From: Octopus sinensis
Taxonomy: Eukaryota
NCBI RefSeq assembly: GCF_006345805.1
Contig: NC_043005.1
Span: 62,310,001-62,374,000, forward strand
Length of the DNA: 64,000 bases
Direction: 5' to 3'
The notes beneath the pieces are model-generated. The model searched no databases, was not told where the DNA came from, and was given only the letters and a program-made list of their open reading frames with translations. Positions 51,556 through 64,000 of the stretch are shown here, one piece after another. Each line of letters begins with the position of its first letter. The first letter of the stretch is position 1. The position numbers and the translations under genes were made by a program.

Positions 51556-52294
51556 AAAGCAAATTTTATACAAATACTGTCATGATACACAGTTCTTAGA
51601 TTTCCTGTTTTGCATTTAACACAAGCATAAATTTAAATTAGTAACAATTGTATTAATTTAATCTTAATAAATTATTAAAAGATTTATAATATTCTTTGCT
51701 GCATTTTTCATATGAGTCAATTGTACATTAAGCTATATATGAAGATTTATTAAACAACACATTCAATTTCTCAACTAGTTCTCATTTAGAAAATATTTCC
51801 CTCTAAATAATGATAAAAAGTTTACACAATTTTTCAACAGTCTTTCTATAACAGGTAGCAGATTTATCAAATCTTTAGTTACAAGAAAATCTCAAGCTGG
51901 TTGAGAATATACATTTGTAATACCCAGCAAGACGAGTAAAAATACAAATTTTAATTTAGCTGATTAAGCTTTTTCCTTATTCAATTGACTATGTAAAAAG
52001 AGAAAAAGAAGAGAATATATTAATGTAGGTAATTTTAGACTGTTTTGTTGTAAAATTTAAAATATCTTGACTAAAATCTTATTAGAATTTCTTATTTCCA
52101 AATTTTTATTATCATTCGTAAACATCAAAAATGACTGCTGTTTAGGCTATGGTAGACGTGTGGTCCAATACTCATAGGTGGCTTGGTTCACTTTTCTCCT
52201 TTTAAGAGTTTTTACCCCATATAAAATGAACTATCATTTGTATCTACATTTGCATTTGGGCAATACTATAAAAAGACATTAAAAAATTTCTTTT

Positions 52295-52625
52295 ATACAA
52301 GATACTGGTGGCATGTAAAAAGGACCATTCAAATATGGTCATTGCCAGTGCCACCTGACTGGCTCCTGTGCTGGTGGTACATAAAAAGCACCATTTAAGT
52401 GTGGTCGATGCCAGTATTGCCTGACTGGCCCTCATGCTGGTGGCACATAAAAAGCACCCACTACACTCTCGGAGTGGTTGGCATAAGGAAGGGCATCCAG
52501 CTGTAGAAAATTTGCGAGATCGGATTGGAGCTTGGTACTGCCTTTTGGCTTGCCAGCCCCCAGTCAAATCGTCCAACCCATGCCAGCCTGGGAAGCGGAC
52601 ATTAAACGACAATGATGATGATGAT
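52295..52625 (+). mobile_element. RTE 3' UTR fragment
   Basis: GCCAGTGCCACCTGACTGGCTCC units plus shared tail. Confidence 0.85.
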
Positions 52626-54329
52626 AAAGATACCTATTTATCTATATTCTTCCCTCAGTTAGTCATCCTGTATTAGAAAAGAATATCTATATTTCAGCTA
52701 AGAACACTCTACTCCATTTAAAGCTTCTGACAAAATTAGAATCTTTAGTTATGAGTTCAATAAATGAATTTTTTGCTTATTTTCCCTCATATTATCGTAT
52801 TCTGATAAGTTGGTTTTAACATAAACACCTGCATACATTTCAAAACTTACTTAATTTACAAGAGTTGGCTAGTTCAAGAACATTTGTCTTACATCAATTT
52901 TTTGTTAATCACAGTTTCTCTCTTACATTAACGACACATGCTTCAAACATATATTTGACTCTCTGTTTTCTAAAATCTGTAATATTTTATTATTGTTCAT
53001 TTGTTTTGAATAAATGTCATTGGTCCTTATACATCAGATGATAAACAGTATGAATGGCAATATTATGCACAGAAGATCTGACCAAACTATGTTGATAATG
53101 ATAAGAATTTATATTAATTATTCTTGCTAGGATAGGTTTTGTAAATTTGTTCAGTAAAGTTTCATCAATTGCTTTTATTATTTGATGGCTTTCATACTAC
53201 AACTACTCAGCTATGGAAGAGGAATGTAACCATTTGTCAGATAGGCCAATTGAATCTCTGTGATTCAAAAAGAAAGAATACATTTCCTGACTTATGAAAT
53301 AACAATTAAGATTTATCTATTGTTATTTAAACTAACATTACTGCAATTGATTTTATTTGGGGAAAATAGTTTTGTTTTTACTTCCAACATTTTTTAGAAG
53401 ATGATTATTTGGTTGAATTCAAAATCATGTTTTGTATACCTTACTGTACATTTGAAAATTAAATAAAAGCAATTTAAAAGAGTATTGTATTTTGCTTGAA
53501 GCGTTGTAATGTATAAATGATCTAAATATTACAAAACCCTTTAAGCAATGCAGATGAGGAGCTAAGTAGAATATGTAAAGTGATACCAATGAATAAAAAC
53601 AAAAACAAGATATTGTATTACCTTACATAGGTTGTCTAATGCCTTTATTATATTTTGGGAAAGATTCCCCTTATCAAATATAAACTACAAAGTAATACAA
53701 GAGTTCAAAAATAGAGGGTTATTATGGGCATGACATTCAGCTTAGAAGTTTTGCCATCTTTAAAAGATGAAATATCACTAAATTTTTTAAAGTACTGTTC
53801 ACTAACTATAGAGAAATAAGCTCAATAACAAGTAACCTAGTTTTCTAAACACACTATTAGTAGTTCTCTTCTACTAAATTGAAGAAAAAAACTTGGTTTT
53901 AATGTGGGTTTATATTTTATTTTCAGTTTACTATCACAGCAGCAAAACTATTCATAAAAAATATCTGCATCAAACTTTTTTTTTTATTAGCTCACCTAAT
54001 AAATAAAAGAATGATATATGAGCATTACCCATGAATTTTTGCAGGAATTTCATAAACAAACTTAAAAGAAATTACTATCTAATCAATGAAATTAGTTATT
54101 AATTTTAAAATATTCAAGCATGTGTTTTTGAAATCATTGAAATCCAATTTGTAAGTCATATATTAATCTGAGCAATCCAATCCTTGCATGTACTCACAAA
54201 GAATTGGTTGGCCTGAGGGTTACAGTAGGAGACAATGACCCATGGTACCATACAGTGGGAATGAACTCACAGCCACACGGTTGAGAAGTGAACTTCTTAA
54301 ACACACAACAATGCTTACTCTACATAATC

Positions 54330-54385
<56 letters not shown>

Positions 54386-54574
54386 CAAAACATACTAAAT
54401 AAATACTTTTTCTCATTTTAAACATAGACTTAATATTATAATTATTGTTATATATTTATTTATTATTTTCAGAAACATAAATTTTATAGTGGATAAATGT
54501 ATCGTAATTATTTACATATATATATATTAATTACATATATGTGTATGTACCAGTAACCACACACGCACACATAA

Positions 54575-54608
<34 letters not shown>

Positions 54609-54610
<2 letters not shown>

Positions 54611-54710
54611 TGAAGTGTATTTTCCACCTAAATGTGGATGACCCATATGGGATGATGCTACTGTTGTCTTATATGGGTCAGCCACACTTAGGGAGCAAAT
54701 ATATTTCATG
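54609..54710. other. 102-nt ungapped hairpin (48-bp stem, 6-nt loop)
   Basis: Manual pairing on the + strand: 35 Watson-Crick pairs, 8 G.U pairs, 5 mismatches, no bulges. Confidence 0.85.
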
Positions 54711-54794
54711 ACATTGTGCTGCTACTGTTTACATCTCGCTCAGAGATTTATTATTGCTCTATATATATATATATATAATATATATATATATACG

Positions 54795-55197
54795 TGATCG
54801 TTGCCAGGGCCATGGATTGGGTCCCATGCTGGTGGCACGTAAAAAGCACCATTCGAGCATGATCATTGCCAGCATCCCCTTGTCAGCAAGTGAAAAACAA
54901 CATTTGAGTGTGTTCATTGCCTGTGCCGCCAGACTGGATCTCGTACAAGTAACACATAAAAAGCGCCTTTCGCGTGTGGTGATTGCCAGAACTGCCTGTC
55001 TGGCCCTCATGCTGGTGGAACATAAAAGCACCCACTACACTCTTGGAGTGGTTGGCATTAGGAAGGGCATCCAGCTGTAGAAACTCTGCCAGATCAGACT
55101 GAGCCTGGTGCAGCCTTCTGGCTCACCAGTCCTCAGTCAAACTGTCCAACCCATGCCAGCATGGAAAGCAGATGTTAAATGACGATGATGATGATGA
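54795..55197 (+). mobile_element. RTE 3' UTR fragment
   Basis: Minisatellite units plus shared tail and (GAT)n; similar to 26420-26825. Confidence 0.85.
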
Positions 55198-55204
55198 TAT
55201 ATAT

Positions 55205-55615
55205 ATGCACTGGTGTTGCTGTCTGGTAAGAAGCTTGCTTCCTAACCAGATGATTTTGGCTTTAGCGCCACTATGTGGCACCTTGGGCAAGTGTCTTGCA
55301 CTTCACCCTTGGACTGACCTAAACCTTGTGAGTGGATTTGGTAGGTGGAAACTGAAAGAAAACTGTCTTATATATATGTGTGTGTGTATATATGTGTGCT
55401 TTTGTGCCTGCATATGTCCCTCACCACTGCTTGACAACTGGTGTTGGTGTGTTTACATCCCTGTAACTTAACAGTTTGCCAAAAGAGACCAGTAGAATAA
55501 GTACCAGGCTTATAAAAATTAAGTACTTGGGCCAATTCATTCAACTAAAATAATTCTTTAAGGTATGACCCAGCATGACCACAGTCTAATGACTGACACA
55601 AGTAAAAGATAAGAG
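55205..55615 (+). mobile_element. SINE family 1 (CORE-type)
   Basis: GGTAAGAAGCTTGCTTCC..GGCACCTTGGGCAAGTGTC..GACTGACACAAGTAAAAGAT. Confidence 0.8.
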
Positions 55616-57779
55616 ATACATATGTGATTTGTATTTTGAAAGGTTTATTGAAAAGTTTAGAATAGTGGTTACTGTAACTATAAATAAAACTGGTGTTTGT
55701 CAGTTAAATATTAAAGAATTCCTTAAAAGCATTTCAAATTAGTGTAGAAAAATCCAATCAGTAAAAAAGTAAGTTGTTGGTGTAGTAAAAATTAAGTTCC
55801 TAGGAATACAAATAAAGAAGGAGCTTTGGAGACAATATCCAAAGATATATCATGGCTAATATATAACCCTTTTCTTTGGTTCTCTCAGGAACTAACAATG
55901 ACTCTTAATTAAATTTGACCTGGGTCATGAAAAATCACGTTCAAAATGAAAGGATTTAAATTTGGAACTTTAAGCTAGAGAACTATTTTGTGAAAGATGT
56001 CAATAATACTAATGTTCTTGAGAGGGTGAAGTAATTTTTATCCTTATATTAAGTGTAGAGGCTAATAAAAAGAGTTAATTCTATTGATTTTTAAAGTATA
56101 TATATTCTAGTATTTTGATTAATACATATCTGCTTCTTTCTTGAATTCTTCACCTTTCAAGGAAAGGAATACAATATATTATTGTTTGCATCCAAACATT
56201 AATTGCTAAAACTTTGAACATTTTTCAGTCAGAAATTTATTTCAGCTATTAATCTTCACAAAGGCTTTTTTTTATAAGTGACAGTTTGAATCTAGATGTG
56301 TCTGTTTGTCTGTGACAATTGTGACTGGATTATATATACAATAGGATTTCCTTGGCAGATTAAAAACATAATTTTTGCTTTCATCAGCACAACTGATTCT
56401 ATATTGAAAACATTGACATTTCCATTTGTTTCCTTCTTAAATTCAACATTGTATATGATGGATAAACTTTTCACCTTTCTTTACATTTTTTGAATGATTA
56501 ACAGTTTTAAAGATTTCATCTAAAGAGCAACAAGTAGCTTACTATCTCATGTAGTTATGTTTGGAACAAACAATGGTCCACAACATATTAAAGTGAAAGT
56601 TCTCACACTAGCTCTAGGCCTAATAGAGATTAAATCACCCAAGCCTTATTATAGCTTTATGGCATTTTCAGTCTTAGTGTTATTAAATAAATTAATCTGT
56701 ATGTTCATCGACTGAGTTATTGATTTTTTTTTAATGTTCAGATTAAATATGAAGTGTTTTTATGTTGCTTTCATAAAGAAAGCTTCACAAAAGACTTTTA
56801 GCCAAACAAAAACTTCCCAAAATAGCCACAGTTCTAGATCATTACATGTATTTTCAACATTTCAAACATAATTTTGTTTTCTGTACTTTTATTCAGACAG
56901 AGTTTATATTTAAACTTTATAAAATTGAGGAAATTTGCAAGAAGCCATCCACTTCTTTACTAAATCAGTATTCCTACATATTTTCTAGGGTGATGGTCCA
57001 TGGTAAACAGAGAAGTTTCAATCTATCAATTATTAATTGAACACTTTAAAACATACAAGTCTGTCATAACATATTTTTGGAAAGTGTTTGTATTTAAAAT
57101 TATTTACAACTGTATAATATTTAATCTTAAGAAATTTCAATGAACTATTAAATCATAAATGATTAAACATATCTCCTTTCTCTCAAATTTTTCAATTACT
57201 TTAAGCTTGTATATGAAGATTCATTGAACAACCTAGTTGATTTCTCAACTAGTTCTCATTTAGATAATTTTTCTCTCAAAATAATAAAAAAAATTCAACA
57301 ATTTCTCATTTATTTCCACATAACAAATAGGAAATTTATTAGTTGCCTGAAAAGTTAAATTTGACAAAAGAAATAAAATATATAACTATAGATAAGACAG
57401 AATGATCATTCATTAGTTTCTGCCAAACTTCTGTAAGAATTATAAAATTTACTTAAAGAATTTATATTCTGTTGATAGCATATTTCAAATAATACTTTCA
57501 CTGAAAATACTTGATGTCATCATACATTTAAAAAAAAAAAGAAAATCCACAAAATTGAATATTATGCTATCAATAATTTGAAAATAGTAATTTAATAAGA
57601 AATGTAATACAGAACTTTCTTTTGTTAGCTTACAACAACACATTTGTAGTTTTCTCTTTTCCTAACTAATATAATCAAGTGTTCTTCAATTGCAATGCTT
57701 TTGTAGGAACATTGCTCAAGCATTATACTTAATAAGCAGTTCTAATGGTATTTCTCAAAGTATCTGTTTATCAATTCAA

Positions 57780-58050
57780 TATTGACAATGGATTCTGCAG
57801 GTTTACAGACGTGCACGTTTCTAGATTTCAGTAAATAGTTTTGTATTCTTACCAACTTCCTTTGTTCCTCTTATAAACAGCAACATAACAGATGCGACAA
57901 TCTGTTTTTAAACCTCCTTCACTAAAGAGATACTACTTATTCACAGATATAAAGCATTAGAATTCACAGCATTCATACAATTCCTTTTGAGTGTCTGAAC
58001 GATCTTTGAGCATTTCTCATCTCATTGGAATGGACAGGTTATTGTAACAA
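57780..58050 (-). mobile_element. Possible ancient LINE RT N-terminal relic
   Basis: EMLK...EGGLKTDCRICYVAVYKRNKG resembles EMLK..EGxIPxDW..V..YKxKG of RTE/CR1 ORF2. Confidence 0.4.
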
Positions 58051-58799
58051 CTTAATCCTATTTTCAATGCCACATCCTATATATTTCTAGGATATTTTAA
58101 AGGCATTCTTTCAGATAAGGAGCCAGAAATCTAGCTATATATTAAATAAGACTCCAGTTGGTTGTTGTAATACTCCATGAAATAACATTTTGCCACTAGC
58201 ATCAAAATGAGTGACAAGTGAATATTCAAATGCAACTATGTTTTCTTGCACATATATATAAAAAAAAACCCAATAAACTTACATGTTTAAACATATATAA
58301 TAAGCCAAGTATACTGTCATAATTGGTATATTCTTTTCCAAAACTATGACAAAAATTTAGTAGAACTACTGTCAGAATCATAAACAAGCCTAAAGTTGAA
58401 TATATTCAGTTACTGAAATAGCAAGATCTGTTAAAGATAAAGATAAAATTATTTCTTTTAGGTGAGAATAACACTATATTCATTTGGACTAGAGGTGTGG
58501 AATGATTGATTGATGTTTGAACTGTTAAGTTTAAATTTTTCTGTAAAGCTTGCTTTTAATGTATGCATGTTGGTTTTGTACTAGTATCTCAATGATTAAA
58601 GATAAAAGAACTTCTCAGCACCACCATCACTTCCACTGCTGCCACCACCATCACTTTCACTGCTGCACTACCATCACTACTACCTCTTGCAGTAACAACA
58701 AATGTCAGAAAAGATAGTTATGTGAGAAGGCTATGGTTTAATTTTAAAAGTTGTAATGCTGAGTTGTAATTTTGTTGGTTAATTACTAGGAGATAATGT

Positions 58800-59450
58800 G
58801 AAAATGTGCAGATTGAAATAGTGTCAGGAGAATATTGGTCTTGATATGAATAAATTAGAACATAATGCTGCATAGTTTACAAGCAATATATGTATAAAAG
58901 GTTTAAAGATGGCATATGGATTACCACAAAGTCCCTAGAAATGGATCCAGAGGACATAGAAACCCTTGCTTTGGATTGAGTTGCATGGTGAACAAAAGTG
59001 TGGAGTGGAGTGAAAGTGGTTAAAAAGTCAGGATAACGCATGCAAGACTTGAAAGGGATTTAAAGAAGAATGTTATGATTGAGGTAAATCACAATGATCT
59101 TTTTGTGTGTACAGTTTGTGACAGACCATGCCTTTCTTTTGTTGGGCTCAAATCTCATTCGTGAACCCATGAAAAACGAACCTCCACCAACTATTCTGCC
59201 TATATGTCTGTGCACACCTTTCAATGCAGTGTATGCCAGAAGGTCTGCAAATCTAATGGAGGCCTCAAAAGACATTTTAAGATCCACAAAGATCAGAACT
59301 TAACTGCAGCTCTTGGTGGTCCAAATCGGATATGCAATCTATGTGGATGTCTTTTCAAAACATTTTCTGGTTTAAAAAGCCACATCAGATGCCATGATGG
59401 TTCTAAGGTGTAGGTACAGGAAGTGGTCAAACTCTGCATAAGGAGTAGAC
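58800..59450 (+). mobile_element. RTE-type LINE 3' end encoding three C2H2 zinc fingers (pseudogenised)
   Basis: KRFKD..MDPEDIETLALD*VAW*TKVWSGVK, then in one frame CTVCDRPCLSFVGLKSHS*TH, CSVCQKVCKSNGGLKRHFKIH and CNLCGCLFKTFSGLKSHIRCH. Confidence 0.75.
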
Positions 59451-59480
59451 AATCACCATATATATATATATATATATATA

Positions 59481-59675
59481 TAGTCGACATGATAGATCGT
59501 TAGCCACTACACACATTTTTTTCTCTCCTTGTTTTTTCTGTGTCCCTTTCTGTAGAAGAGCATAGGCTCAAAACATAAAGGACTTTCTCTATTCCTGAAC
59601 ATTATACTAATACATCTGTTTGTTTTGTACACCATCTGTCTTCCTCTTTTGTTTTTTTTTCGTAAACTCTCCCTA
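59481..59675 (+). mobile_element. ~195-bp family-B element with a minimal hammerhead-like motif, in (TA)n
   Basis: CCCTTT-CTGTAGA-A-GAGC-ATAG-GCTC-AAAAC-ATA-AAGGAC at 59544-59583. Related copies at 3146-3345 and 6251-6480. Confidence 0.7.
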
Positions 59676-59739
59676 TATATATGCTTTTAGCTGAGATGAC
59701 AAAGGACTGAGACACATGAGGCCTGGCTGTACTCGAGAA

Positions 59740-60098
59740 GACCTATACCCCACAGCAGAAGTGTTAAGACTGATCCTTCTGGTGGTGTAAAGCACCTACA
59801 GTGGTGCCATGTAAATATACCTATGCAGTGCCACATAGAAGCACCTGTACAATGACAAGTGAAAGTACCCTTGCAGCAACATGTAAAGGTACCTATGTGA
59901 TGACACAGAAATGCCTTTGTGTGGTGCCCATGTGGTGTATCCAGCATATTCTGTAAAGTGGTTGGTGTTAGGAAGGGTATCCAGCTGTAGAACCCATGCC
60001 AAATCAGACTGGAGTCTGGTACAGCTCTCCAGTTTGTCAGCTCTGGTCACACCATCCAACACATGGACAATGGATGTTAACTGATGATGATGATGATG

Positions 60099-60100
<2 letters not shown>
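59740..60100 (+). mobile_element. RTE-tail element with degenerate short tandem units
   Basis: Repeats of the GTGCCA..AAGCACC type followed by the shared tail and (GAT)n. Confidence 0.7.
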
Positions 60101-60134
<34 letters not shown>

Positions 60135-60140
<6 letters not shown>

Positions 60141-60447
60141 GCACCATTCAAGCAGGATCATTACCAGCGTTGCCTTACTGGCACTTGTGACGGTGGCATG
60201 TGAAAACATTCAAGTGGGGTTGTTGCCAGTGCCGCTGGACTGGCCCTCATGCTGGTGGCACATAAAAGCACCCACTACACTCTCAGAGTGGTTGGCATTA
60301 GAAGGGGCATCCAGCTGTAGAAACTCTGCCAGATCAGATTGGAGCCTGGTGCAGCCATCTGGTTTGCCAGTCCTCAGTCAAATTGTCCAACCCATGCTAG
60401 CATGGAAAGCGGAAGTTAAACGATGATGATAATGATGATGATGATGA
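60135..60447 (+). mobile_element. RTE 3' UTR fragment
   Basis: Units plus shared tail CCAACCCATGCTAGCATGGAAAGCGGAAGTTAAAC(GAT)n. Confidence 0.85.
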
Positions 60448-62109
60448 CATATATCTTTTGTATTTTATCTTTTACCTGTTTCAGCCATCTGAGTGCAGCT
60501 ATGCTGAGGCACTGTTTTGAAGGGCTTTAGTCAAAAAAAAATCTACCCCGGGACGTATTTTTTTGTTTAGTATTTATCCTATTGGTCTCTTTTTTGCTAA
60601 ATTGCTAATTTACAGGAATGTAAGCATGCCAACACCAATTGGGGTACAAACACAGACACAGAGATGCACACACGTAGATACATACATATATCTTAACATA
60701 CATCTTTGTTTTAATAGCCACTTTTCAAACAATTCATTGAGGAAGAAAGTTTATGGCCAGAAGTTCTTTCTGTTTGCAACTCTGATTTGTTTCAAAGTGA
60801 GATAATATTTCACCATCACTGGACATGTTCTCATGGAATATTGGAAACAAATAACTCTGCTTGTATGAGGGTAAGACATATTTGAAATTATCTTGTGATG
60901 TCAAAATGACGACATACCATCATACATGCATGCATACACTTATCTGCCTGTCTATTTATCTACCATTGATGAGCCTTGGCTATGGTAAAAAATACTTGTC
61001 AAAGATGCTGTGCAGTAGGACTAAACCTAAAATCATGTGGATAGAAAGCAAATTTCTGAATCACACACTTATACTTGCACTGCTATATAAAAATATATTC
61101 ATATGTATATATAAATATGAGAGAATCCACTATATGGCGTCCATATAGTGGATTCTCTTTCATATTTATGTATCAATAGTATTTACTGAATCTCAGTTTT
61201 TATGCACTAAACCACTGGTTTTAAATTGATATTATTAAATTAATATCCAATTTTTTCACCCTCATTTTGATTATATTCATATGTATATATGTACATAGGT
61301 ACCTATGAATGTAAATACATAAATTCTTATGGTAATGTAATATATGATGGAGTATGTCTATCATGTATAATTTTACTCATATTCTGGATATGAATTTCTC
61401 AAAACAAGATCACCAGAGAATCCTCAAACATATAAAAGGTCAGATGTTTATACATATGAATATGAGAAAATTTAAAAAAACTCTGAGCATAGGCATATGT
61501 AAGTGTAGGTGTAGTTGGAAAACTTGCTTCCCTACCATGTGGGCTTGAGGTTAGTCAACTGCATAGTACCTTGCCTGAATGTGTTATTGTTTAGCCCAAA
61601 ACTGGCTAAAGCCTTGTGAGTGGATTTGCTAGATAGAAACTGAAAGAAGCCGTGTGTTTATATGAATATGTATTAACTTTAGGTGCACAAGGTAGTGCTG
61701 AATAAAATTTATGCATGCAAAATCATATTTAACATGTTTTAGTTCATTTGGACATGGGAAGACCTTTCACTATGAAAATAATCTGGGGAAAAAAATCTGA
61801 CCCTATAGAAGTGTGGAAACAATTGGGTTCGCTGGATCAAAGGACATGTAATCTTGCACAGTTACATCCTTGTAAGAACAGTTGTTCTTATATATGGCAA
61901 GTGTAATAGTATATTTGCTGACGTGCACAAAGCTTGGTCAGGCAGGAAATAATTAACTGGAAGCTTATAATGCAGTGCTGAATGAAATATATGTATTTAC
62001 AATCATATTTAACATGTTTATGTACACTTAGATGTGAGAAAACCAATTACTGCAGATATGTACATGTATTTATGTATGTGTGTGTGTGAGTGTGTGTATG
62101 TGTGCCTGT

Positions 62110-62365
62110 GACTTTGGATACTCTTGTCTTGACATCACATGATGATTTTAAGCAAGCATCACTGTCATACAAGTGATGCTGTTCATTTCCAATCTCTCAT
62201 GAAAAATGGGTTTGTGCATGGGAAAAAAGCACCTTGCTTGAAAACAGGTGTGTGTTGGTAACAGGAACGGCATCTGGTTGTAGAAAAAACTGCCTCAACA
62301 AATTCTGTCTGACCCATGCAAGCATGAAAAAGGGCATGTTAAAAACAACGATGATGATGATGATT
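62110..62365 (+). mobile_element. SINE-like element with an RTE-type tail
   Basis: CTTGTCTTGACATCAC..AACAGGAACGGCATCTGG..GACCCATGCAAGCATG..(GAT)n; related fragment at ~34010-34140. Confidence 0.6.
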
Positions 62366-63014
62366 AAGTCAATAAGAATTTAGACTATTGGTTAAGATGT
62401 CATGAGTTAATAATCTTTTACTGGCACTGTTTCTGCCACATAGAGTGACATGCCTTTGTTCTATATATCATGTAGTAAAACAGGTAAAAAGCAACAACAA
62501 AAAAAACAAAGAAAAAAGATGAATAAGAGTGACTCTTTGGTAAAGCAGACATCTAACAGATGGAAACTGATAGATATTAAAGTGGTTGACAATACAGTTT
62601 GACCTTACTTAAATGAGAAATAAATTACTAAAGAGAAAATGAAATTTCTGTTTTATTGCTGAAGGATATTGATTTCATTTGTTAGGTGTGAGTATATTTC
62701 ATCAAATTCTTTCTTCTTTGTTGTTTACTGGTTTTTCAACAGAATGGGAAACATATTCAACTTAACCTTTTCAGACTTTCTTTGTTGGAAATATGAAAGA
62801 ATTACTTTGAATAATATTTCATAAAGCTACATCTTCTTATTCTTATTCAATCAGTGTCATTTGGAATAACCATCAAACACAAATCATAGCTATTGGAGCA
62901 GTATAAAAGTACAAATTTAGGCAGACAAAATTTTCTCTTATTTTTTTAACATTTGTCATTTGTATTTTAATTTCTATATGGAATGTCTGCTGGTCTTGTT
63001 TTCCAGGATGGAAT

Positions 63015-63102
<88 letters not shown>

Positions 63103-63119
63103 TCAATCATATAAATATA

Positions 63120-63160
<41 letters not shown>

Positions 63161-63821
63161 ATTTATATGTGTGTGTGTGTGTATCAACTGATTGTTTTGA
63201 TTGTTTTTATCCTATTTTACAATATTTCTTTGAAACAATCAATTTATGAATATGATTGTGAACGCATTTAAATCTGTTTAATCTAGAATTTTGCAGGAAT
63301 TTCACAACACTGAATCATTTTTCTGACTTGGATTAAAGAGAAAAGAAATTTAAAATATTGAACACAGGTACAGATGTAGAGACAAAGATACAATTGTAAT
63401 TTATATTATTATTATTGTAATTATTATTATTTCTTTTGTTGTTGTTGTTCCAAATGGAATACCTGAAAGTAGCAGCATTTTCAGTGATAACATAGTATTA
63501 TAAAAAATCTACTTTGCACTACGAGAAGATACTTAATAAACCAATCTTTTACATGAAATACAAAGGCCATTGTTCATTAGCTCCCAGGGCAGTTCTGAAC
63601 AAAGCATTTTATCACAATCAAAAGCATTCCAAACATGTTTCTAGTAAAAACCCACATATTTCATAGAACATTCTCTACAGGTTAACTTGAATTAAAATAC
63701 ATACTGTATTTATTGCATGAATCTTGTTGATGCATTAAATTTGTTCTGTGAATATGTTATCTTTAACATTCTTTTGTCATATCTCTAGATGAACTCATAA
63801 CAATTAGAAACAATGAATAAC

Positions 63822-63833
63822 AATTACAACTAC

Positions 63834-63883
<50 letters not shown>

Positions 63884-63930
63884 TAATAATAATGATAATA
63901 ATAATAATAATAATGATAATAATAATGAGC
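63822..63930. repeat. (TAA)n microsatellite (others at ~38790-38860, 47848-47890, 48770-48810, 54325-54385)
   Basis: Direct reading. Confidence 0.95.
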
Positions 63931-64000
63931 TCAATAATAGTAATGCTACACATTTCATTTGAATACTAAAGCTGACTGAATTACCTGCCTAGTAGTTATG

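Noticed and set aside
57853-57921. Minus-strand exon-like segment EGGLKTDCRICYVAVYKRNKGSW with good splice signals
   Set aside because: Better explained as a LINE RT relic (EG..DW..YK.KG with upstream EMLK), and it does not match MAGUK sequence. Exonisation cannot be excluded without RNA data.
59204-59413. Host C2H2 zinc-finger gene
   Set aside because: It lacks TGEKP linkers, is collinear with an RTE C-terminus, and finger 1 has an in-frame stop. Treated as TE-derived.

Overview
This is AT-rich eukaryotic genomic DNA, dominated by microsatellites and transposon relics. The repeat repertoire looks like an Octopus/coleoid cephalopod genome; that is recalled similarity, not a search result. 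I found one clear host coding exon, on the minus strand at 25351-25482. It encodes the end of an L27 domain and the first strand of a PDZ domain of an MPP7/Skiff-Metro-like MAGUK. I found no further exons of this gene by eye, so most of the window is probably very long intron. The rest comprises two mariner elements, a Tigger-like and a hAT-like MITE, RTE, R4/Dong, Tx1/L1 and Penelope-like retroelement relics, tRNA-derived CORE- and Meta-type SINEs, many 5'-truncated RTE 3' ends and several foldback hairpins. Nearly all listed ORFs are microsatellite artefacts or TE fragments. The most interesting signal is two families of short elements carrying minimal hammerhead-ribozyme-like motifs of the Penelope type. 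One is a tRNA-headed element present as a head-to-head inverted dimer flanked by a 14-bp direct repeat (50049-50572). The other includes a truncated, tandemly duplicated copy that begins about 2 nt from the predicted self-cleavage site. There is no CRISPR array, rRNA or prokaryote-type system. Many TE boundaries are approximate, read by eye.
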